Part shown: one piece after another, positions 1-5,761 of the stretch
Numbering within the stretch: the first letter of the stretch is position 1
Layout of the letters: every line of letters begins with the position of its first letter
From: an uncultured archaeon
Lineage (GTDB): Archaea; Asgardarchaeota; Jordiarchaeia; Jordiarchaeales; Jordiarchaeaceae
Length of the DNA stretch: 16,287 nucleotides
Direction: 5' to 3'
Assembly (NCBI GenBank): GCA_964510585.1
Contig: CAZECW010000021.1
Location: 1-16,287, forward strand
The notes under the pieces: generated by a model
Database searches by the model: none
What the model saw: the letters and a program-made list of their open reading frames with translations, nothing else
What the model was told of the DNA's origin: nothing
Made by a program: the position numbers and the translations under genes

Positions 1-1
1 A

Positions 2-140
2 TGCTGTGTTGCATAATTCTTATTTTTTTAATTTATTTATATATTATTTTGAATTTTTTGCAATTTCACATTGTTAATTTGAAAAAATTTAAGAAAATTA
101 AATAAATTCATTAGAAAAAGTAAAATTATACAACACAGCA
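2..140. repeat. AT-rich ungapped imperfect palindrome (139 bp, centre at 71)
   Basis: Positions i and 142-i pair. By hand count 53 of 69 pairs are Watson-Crick, plus 2 G-T. Perfect outer arms TGCTGTGTTG (2-11) / CAACACAGCA (131-140). May continue beyond the window start. Confidence 0.9.
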
Positions 141-240
141 CTGGTAAACACTGTGTATTAGATGTAGCTTGGATGTCCAAAAGCTCAAATAAAGCTCCAA
201 GCCGAGACAGGCAGAGAAGGTTCGAGCATTCAACGATAAT

Positions 241-398
241 CCCAGGTCCCACAAAGGACAGGGATAACTGGGTGGTGGCACACCCATTGCAGATAGCTAC
301 TGAGCGGTGAAGGGATGAACGCTTAAAACGCATTTATCCCCGAGTGTTGAGGGGGCTGTGTGCAAGAATCCCCAGACTTCAGTCGAGAGGAGTGTCAA
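241..398 (+). mobile_element. IS200/IS605-family right-end remnant (tnpB 3' tail / omegaRNA-like scaffold); left end not found
   Basis: GAAT (366-369), imperfect hairpin CCCCAGACTTCAGTCGAGAGG, terminal TCAA (395-398): an ISHp608-type right end. 265-290 is 25/26 identical to the reverse complement of 5464-5489. The left boundary is uncertain (somewhere in 141-240). Confidence 0.8.
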
Positions 399-467
399 TG
401 ACCAAGAAACCATCGTAGAAACCCAGATGCCGAATACCATAATCAATACACTCGTAGGCTCTAGTAA

Positions 468-683
468 TTAGTTGAATTTAAGCTCACCTAGCTGCCTCTT
501 TAAATCAAGTTTTACGGTCTTTCCCTCTCTAAACTCCCTCTCCGCTTCTTTCAAAATTAATTCTTCTTCCTTCGTTAGGATGTTATCCACTTATATCACA
601 GGCTTCTTAATGTAGGCAAGATCCCTTCTTATAGCCTTTAATTCCTCAACTATTAAGGTAAAATCGTCTTTCATTTCCACCAT
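468..683 (-). pseudogene. Archaeal RelB/VapB-like antitoxin with a premature stop
   Basis: Reads MVEMKDDFTLIVEELKAIRRDLAYIKKPVI*VDNILTKEEELILKEAEREFREGKTVKL, with in-frame TAA at 591-593. Resembles small archaeal antitoxins by recalled pattern. No toxin follows. Confidence 0.6.
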
Positions 684-1009
684 TCAACAACCTCCACAGC
701 TCAATTGTAGTTTTTCCTATGAACCTTTGTTTAGCTGTTTGAGTTCACAACAAATATACCAGCATTATATTTAAAGTTCCTCTTGGCTAAATCTGCTTTC
801 TTGAATATCATATATAGGTGAAGCAATGAAAAACCAGAACAAACATTCTACTTCACAAATCTAGAAAATACATAAAATAAGATATCGTTCCATGCGAAAG
901 TCGCAAACACTAAAACAGGCATCAACAACTAGCAGTCACCAGCACCTCCTAATACCCCTTGAGCACCCTTCAACCTTCTCAGTTTTTCCTTCAGTTCAAG
1001 GTTTTGCTA

Positions 1010-1180
1010 AATATTTCTCGTAACTTTTTTGAGCCGTTTGAGGGGGACGCTCACTTTGTTGCTGTGATTTGCTGCAGGTTCTGCAGTAGTCATGTTATTG
1101 ACCGGTGTCGGTCTGTTCGTTTCTGATAATTTTGTCGGTTTTTGTAAGTCGGAGCATACTTAATTGGAGCAGAATCTCTT
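1010..1180 (-). pseudogene. Possible degraded IS1-family InsA-like zinc-ribbon fragment
   Basis: Frame-hopping reads give FCSN*VCSDLQK / TDKIIRNEQTDTGQ*HDYCRTCSKS / VPLKRLKK, resembling the CxxxxC...IIRNG...CxxC pattern. Contains stops and frameshifts; no IS ends identified. Confidence 0.3.
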
Positions 1181-1328
1181 TTCCTTCTACCAGTTGCCAG
1201 ATTCATTGTAGTGTATTCCCGGTTCAGAACTATAAAGTCAGTAAAGTATAAATCAAACAGTATCGACGTAGACTAATATTCACAATCAAGCTATGAGCAC
1301 CCACCAAAATGCACGGCAGCAAGAATAT

Positions 1329-1761
1329 TTATTTTGGTATTATCTCAAATCCTAGGTTCACTTTTTCAAAATCAGCATCGCCGGTGAAAGCCTTGGTTAT
1401 TTTCAACTCCTGCATCAAAACAAAAGATGTTAAATCTGTAAATGAAATACTTGGTTTATCTTTCAGTTTTTTCCTCAGCTGCCAGGCAATTCTAAATCTT
1501 TCTTCTGCTATTCTCTCTAATACTAACAGGTCTTTTTTTATTATGGAGTGTAAAGCTTCTACAAATCGAACTTGCGGTAGCGAAAACAACATTTCTGAAG
1601 AGAGCTGTTATCACCTCGTCAAGCACGTAGTCGGAGGTAACCAGTCTATACCCCTCCCTTCTTATTTCTTTGTATTCTTTAACAGCACGTTTATGATTTG
1701 AATCATTCCGATTAGCCAAGGCCAGCCAGGCCCATGTGTCCACGAAAACCAGTTTAGCCAT
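1329..1761 (-). pseudogene. vapC: PIN-domain VapC toxin split by a +1 frameshift
   Basis: N-half MAKLVFVDTWAWLAL...SDYVLDE (ORF 1492-1806) and C-half VRFVEAL...SFTDLTSF...AFTGDADF (ORF 1329-1592). Removing one A at 1572-1573 restores FATAVRFVEAL. The span of 433 nt is 3n+1. Confidence 0.85.
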
Positions 1762-1966
1762 AGACATAATTATCATGCCTTTCCGCCAGATCAGGGGGGC
1801 CCTCACAAATCCCTATCACATCTTCTAAGAGGTCTTTCTTCTCCTTTTTCTTCTCCCCGGTTTTCCTCTTTTTCTTCTCCAACTGCTCAATAAAGTCCAT
1901 GACCTCTTTAATACTGTCTTCAGGCAACGATTTAACCTTCTGTATAAGGCTATCCCTATCCATCAC
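1754..1966 (-). CDS. vapB: VapB-type antitoxin (DUF2281-like N-terminus)
   Basis: 70 aa with LPEDSIKEVMDFIEQL and a DLAERHDNYVYG tail. Its stop overlaps the start of the downstream PIN gene. Confidence 0.75.
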   Translation of the reverse strand: MMDRDSLIQKVKSLPEDSIKEVMDFIEQLEKKKRKTGEKKKEKKDLLEDVIGICEGPPDLAERHDNYVYG

Positions 1967-1981
1967 TCTTCACCACAATTA

Positions 1982-2009
1982 CTCTCATAGAGAGCTAAAT
2001 AAACTTTTC
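1982..2009 (-). promoter_or_regulatory. BRE/TATA promoter with a putative palindromic operator
   Basis: Minus strand GAAAAG-TTTATTTA (2009-1996), followed by inverted repeat CTCTC-ATA-GAGAG (1982-1994), upstream of the ATG at 1966. Confidence 0.55.
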
Positions 2010-2132
2010 ATCGTCTAGATAAAAAGCACAGAAGAAAACTCACGTCTACCAAGCCTCCAAAATCCCCAAAGAAATAGATTTTGAATATTCTCTCATCCAA
2101 AAAGTTGTATCAAAAAGGATAGTTTAGTGAAT

Positions 2133-2657
2133 CTAGTGTGATGCCCAGCCCTGTGCACTGTGAAGCATGCCCAGAAACATGGCGTATACTTGGGGATCGT
2201 TGCTCCATTCCTCTTGGATCTCGAGTTCTTCCTCATTGTGAAAGGAGGGGGGACAATGGAGAAACAAGCCTCTAAGATAACGCCAGGCAAAGTCGCGATC
2301 ATTGCACAGAATTTCAATCTCACCCTCCTGACTGATGTGAACATGCAGAAGCACGTCCTCCCCTGGCACATAGCGTCTAATAATCAAACTGGGTTTAAAA
2401 AGGGGAGACAGAACCAGAGCCAAAGGCTGATCCTCGTTTATCTCTGCTCCCATGCCTGTCCAGAAACGCAGCCGGTCAGCGTAACCCCAACCCTCCTCCA
2501 ATATGAATTGAATATTCACGTCAATCGGACTAAAATTCGGATGCACCACCAAGCGATAAACTGGCACTACATTCACATTTTCCAACTGCTCACTAATCGA
2601 CTCACCATCACCCAAATATCTGCCTATAGGGATTCTTGAACGCTTCCGGGGACACAT
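2133..2657 (-). CDS. Hypothetical protein, 174 aa
   Basis: Open frame with protein-like composition, many G-starting codons and a purine-rich upstream stretch. Preferred over the antisense ORF 2160-2639. No family recognised. Confidence 0.6.
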   Translation of the reverse strand: MCPRKRSRIPIGRYLGDGESISEQLENVNVVPVYRLVVHPNFSPIDVNIQFILEEGWGYADRLRFWTGMGAEINEDQPLALVLSPLFKPSLIIRRYVPGEDVLLHVHISQEGEIEILCNDRDFAWRYLRGLFLHCPPSFHNEEELEIQEEWSNDPQVYAMFLGMLHSAQGWASH

Positions 2658-2928
2658 AATTCTCTCTCCACAGTTTTCATACCTTTTTTTGAATTTCCTT
2701 AATAGTAGGTTGTTTTAAAGGTATATGAACTCCAAGGTATATAAACGCCCCACTTGTTCAGACCATTGATTTCAATACATAGTTCTGATGTCTCAAGAAA
2801 ATGAGAATTCACAAATAGGGCGTGCAAAAGTTTACACTTCATTGAAAAAGGCGAATACAAAATCTCGATGAATAAAAATATGGGCAAAGTAGGTACGGGA
2901 TAATTACCCTTCATAGGCTTCAATTCAT

Positions 2929-3327
2929 CTAGTCTCGATGCAATTTTATTCCTTTAATTCTTTCGAAATGTTTCACGTTCTTTGTGTAGAATTTGGCGTC
3001 GTTTTCCAGTAATATTCCCGCAATCATAACATCTCTGAAATTCACAATTTGACCCTTTTCCTCTAACTCAGCCATTACCTCACCTGATAGTTTTGCCGAC
3101 TCGCCAGTAAACCTGAATGCTTCAAGCCTTAAGGCCAGTTCATCTACGGCTTTCACATTTTCCTCCTTTTTTGTTTTGAACGCACCGTAGTATAATTCAA
3201 AGAGATTTATTGTGGTTGTGGTAAGCTGGAATTCTTCTTCGAGTTGCTCAATTCTACCTCTAATCTTGCCTCTCAAGAAATCTATTAGTATGTCGGTGTC
3301 TAAGCATAGCGTTTCCACGCCTTCCAT
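2929..3327 (-). CDS. vapC: PIN-domain VapC toxin (intact)
   Basis: LCLDTDILIDFLRG, TTINLFELYYGA, FRDVMIAG, YTKNVKHF: the acidic PIN catalytic residues are present. Start is probably ATG 3327 or GTG 3318 rather than 3381. Confidence 0.92.
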   Translation of the reverse strand: MEGVETLCLDTDILIDFLRGKIRGRIEQLEEEFQLTTTTINLFELYYGAFKTKKEENVKAVDELALRLEAFRFTGESAKLSGEVMAELEEKGQIVNFRDVMIAGILLENDAKFYTKNVKHFERIKGIKLHRD

Positions 3328-3533
3328 CCCTTCCTCAGAAACTCCTTTATTTCTTGAGCCTCCTCGTCGCTGACATCCCAAGACCCGGAAAGATCACTAA
3401 TCTTTCTCCTCATAAGGTATTTTATTGCGTCCTCTATCGAGACAGATCTTTTCAATTCGGCCTGCAGCCTGCCAGCCATTTCAACAAGTTTCTTGTAGGT
3501 TTCCTCACTTATCTTGATGGATTTTGTGGTCAT
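3300..3533 (-). CDS. vapB: VapB antitoxin (RHH-type N-terminus)
   Basis: MTTKSIKISEETYKKL (beta-strand then helix) and ISDLSGSW. Overlaps the vapC start. Confidence 0.85.
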   Translation of the reverse strand: MTTKSIKISEETYKKLVEMAGRLQAELKRSVSIEDAIKYLMRRKISDLSGSWDVSDEEAQEIKEFLRKGWKAWKRYA

Positions 3534-3571
3534 AGTAGATAAAGTGGTTAAAGTAGTATAAATACCTTTTC
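3532..3571 (-). promoter_or_regulatory. Leaderless BRE/TATA promoter with three direct repeats at 9-bp period
   Basis: Minus strand GAAAAGG-TATTTATA (3571-3557), 24 nt before ATG 3533. Plus strand ATAGTAG (3532), AAAGTGG (3541), AAAGTAG (3550). Confidence 0.65.
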
Positions 3572-3760
3572 TCGTTGGAAAGTTAAGTTCTTTAGAACAA
3601 GAGGTTCTAGTTTGTTTTAAAGATTTGAGAGTAACATGACGCGGAGCAGAGTTTTTATGTTTTTGGAAGTCACCCAGTTCATGAAAAACCTCAAAGTACT
3701 GGAATGAAGTAACCTAGTTCTTAAAAAATTACTAAAGCGTGGCTTACACTCCGCTCCGTC

Positions 3761-4200
3761 TCAGAGTAGGTCTTCTAGGAATATGATGCGTATATTAAAG
3801 TGAGTCCTTTGATTCTCATCGACTAGTTCCTTTTCCCTTACTGCGAAGAGCGCGGGTGCGGAAACATGTTTAGCTAGTCCGAGGGTGAAGCAATCAGCCA
3901 ACGATACTCTACGCTCGCATTTTTACCGCGCTGAGATTTCGAAGATACGATCTGCATCCTCAACTATAAAGTATCCGGATTCTATTAGACCCGTAACTTT
4001 TTCGTGCGCCAACTTCCAACTGATGCGTCTGCAAATGTGATATTTGTCACGTGTGGAAGTATCTCCTCATCCCGAATTGCTTTCTTTATCTTTTCCACCC
4101 TGCTTGTCGGTAACAGTAATTATATGACGGTGCCGGCATCAAATACCAGCCTACCTTTGGGAAGCTCTTCTTTCGTGGGCTTTTTCTTCCTCTCTTTCAA
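3761..4200 (-). pseudogene. vapC: PIN-domain VapC toxin with two nonsense codons and a frameshift
   Basis: RLVFDAGTVI*LLL...EEILPHVT, then a shifted frame GLIESGYFIVEDA...SAR*KCERRVSLADCFTLGLA...ALFAVREKEL...IIFLEDLL*. TAA at 4120-4122 and 3923-3925; frameshift near 4010-4025. Start approximate. Confidence 0.85.
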
Positions 4201-4432
4201 GGTCTATCCTCCTCTCCTCCACAAGGTCTTTAATAACAAGGTCGGGATGGATTCCCTCCACTGGTTTGCAGGCTTCTTCCAAAAGTTCGGGTCTTCTTCT
4301 CTTCTCAAGAACTAAGTACATTATAACATTTTCAAAATCCACCTTTCTCCCCCACTTGAGCTGCAACTTAGCCATCTCCCTCAACAACTCCTTTTTGGCA
4401 GTCTCAGAAATAGAGATCGTAGTCCTCTTCAT
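4151..4432 (-). CDS. vapB: VapB-like antitoxin (RHH-type)
   Basis: MKRTTISISETAKKELL...KVDFENVIMYL; 93 aa, overlapping the PIN pseudogene. Confidence 0.75.
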   Translation of the reverse strand: MKRTTISISETAKKELLREMAKLQLKWGRKVDFENVIMYLVLEKRRRPELLEEACKPVEGIHPDLVIKDLVEERRIDLEREEEKAHERRASQR

Positions 4433-4929
4433 AAAAACATCCCAACTTCCAAAAATTGCTTCTAAAAATTCTCACCAATGAAAATAATATTCAATGTATA
4501 AAATTTATTCAAAGCATGAAAATGTCCAAAAAAATTGATGTATTTAGATGTTTATTAGTTTTCGGGTTTATAGGGGCGCGTCCAAAAATTCTAGTTTTAT
4601 GGGGTGTCTCCCTCTTTTATCGTGAGGTGGAGTGTGACTATGTGGCCTTGTCTTTAAGCCTATTTACAGCCACATGAAGGAGTGCGGGAAGGCTTTAGCA
4701 ACCAAAAATCAAGAAGAAGCAGATAGTGACACGTCCAAAAATTTGGGGGTGCCCACCGAAGAATAATACCCTGCGAGTCAAGCTCCAGAATCGATGATTA
4801 CAAAATGGTGCGAAATTTGGGACTACCGAGTTAACCTTTTCAAAGGAAAGATAATCTCCAAAACTTGTATGGATTTGTATTAATTGATTAACTGTGGAAG
4901 TATATCTATTAGGACTGTTAGTGCTATGT

Positions 4930-5385
4930 TTACCATGATTGGAGAAATTTTTTCAAATTTTTTATTCTGTCGCAATTTTCTAAATCGCGTATTAGCCTTT
5001 CGAGTTTATTAATATTAATATTTATTATTTGGTGTAGTTTTATACCATCATTTGGTAGACCGTAATTCCCCATTTGCATATTAGCTTGTTTTACAGCTTC
5101 TAATAACCATTCTTCTAGTCTCGGACACAGAACGACTAAACGATTGCACTTTTTATCATGTAGAATTTTCAAACCGTGTTCAGATAAAATTTCGGCTTTC
5201 GCTCTCTTCATATATGGTGGTTGTGGGCTGTTAGGGTCTTCGTCTACCAGTCCTATACAATTTTCCTGCTTTTCTAACTTTTTACAAATCTCAGGTTTGT
5301 TTCCTGCGTGAATAATTTCCTTCTTTGAAATTTTTATTAATGATTTTACCAGAATACTGTCTGGTTTGCATTCAACATAGATTAC
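4930..5385 (-). pseudogene. TOPRIM-like protein lacking a canonical start codon
   Basis: The frame is open well upstream of the ORF-track start: VIYVECKPDSILVKSL...IIHAGNKPEICKKL...IGLVDEDPNSPQPPYMKR, giving an E...DxD TOPRIM-type signature. No in-frame ATG/GTG/TTG lies between the upstream in-frame TGA (inside the inserted element) and Met at 5211. Confidence 0.55.
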
Positions 5386-5401
5386 TCTTTTAGAATTTTC
5401 T

Positions 5402-5575
5402 TTGACACTCTCCGCGACTAAAGTCGGGAGATTCTTGCTTCTGGCTCATCGGGAGCCTTCGAAGCAATGGGTGTGCCATCACCCAGTTAACACGCCCTTC
5501 CCTCAAAGGAACGGCGTCTATGTTGGCACCCTCATGGGGGCTGCGTCCTGTTTAGCCTCTTAAGCCCAAGCCAAA
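5402..5575 (-). ncRNA. Putative omegaRNA/reRNA-like structured RNA
   Basis: Internal TATATAAATA (rc 5595-5604) upstream; successive hairpins shared in position with 241-398; ends at the right-end TCAA. The 5' end is estimated from TATA spacing and expression is not shown. Confidence 0.45.
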
Positions 5576-5677
5576 CCCTTCAGCTACCAACAACTATTTA
5601 TATACCATACTTTCAAATAAACTTTCTGGCGATTCATCCCCACGACTAGAAGTCGGGGGCTTTCTCGCCAAGGTTTT
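5402..5677 (-). mobile_element. Complete 276-bp non-autonomous IS200/IS605 derivative (PATE/MITE-like) with ISHp608-type ends
   Basis: Left end: TTAC (rc 5678-5681) | AAAACCTTGGCGAG-AAAG-CCCCCGACTTCTAGTCGTGGGG. Right end: GAAT-CTCCCGACTTTAGTCGCGGAG-AGTG-TCAA. The AAAG/TTAC and GAAT/TCAA guide/cleavage pairs are those established for ISHp608. No tnpA or tnpB ORF inside. Confidence 0.88.
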
Positions 5678-5710
5678 GTAAAATTTTCATTTTGACTAAG
5701 TGGTTCTGCA

Positions 5711-5723
5711 AAAAGTTTAATAA
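5711..5723 (+). promoter_or_regulatory. BRE/TATA of the MFS gene
   Basis: AAAAG-TTTAATAA about 50 nt before ATG 5771. Confidence 0.5.
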
Positions 5724-5761
5724 TTATTGATACAATAATAAATGAGCTTCATCATAGAGGG

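Noticed and set aside
161-310. Short plus frame ending DRDNWVVAHPLQIATER*, resembling a TnpB C-terminal tail
   Set aside because: No RuvC or zinc-finger motifs are present. It is at most a relic and was not called as a CDS.
37-333. 98-aa minus-strand ORF
   Set aside because: It runs antisense across the IS-derived scaffold and the AT palindrome, and its low-complexity tail is not protein-like.
826-920. GGTGA followed by ATG, with a RelE-like fragment NILLHKSRKYIK in another frame
   Set aside because: Too short and interrupted by stops to support.
1309-1701. 130-aa plus ORF, and the other antisense ORFs 2093-2371, 2160-2639, 3354-3542, 4004-4315, 4266-4481, 6371-7108, 6528-6725, 6952-7212, 7865-8074, 9113-9845, 10385-10576, 11526-11765, 11850-12059, 14099-15352
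   Set aside because: They are shadows of better-supported genes on the opposite strand.
2699-2923. 74-aa minus ORF
   Set aside because: No recognisable motif or RBS; probably spurious.
4446-4744. CRISPR array or origin ORB boxes
   Set aside because: The repeats are only 10-12 bp, irregularly spaced, and lack the ORB consensus and G-string. No cdc6 or cas genes are nearby.
4630-4885. Interrupted plus frame with LCGLVF...SHMKEC, zinc-finger-like
   Set aside because: It contains stops and has only a weak resemblance, so no family can be assigned.
5161-5170. 10-nt duplicate of the element's right flank (TAGAATTTTC, also at 5391-5400) as a self-target
   Set aside because: It is short, AT-rich and not preceded by TTAC, so it is likely chance.
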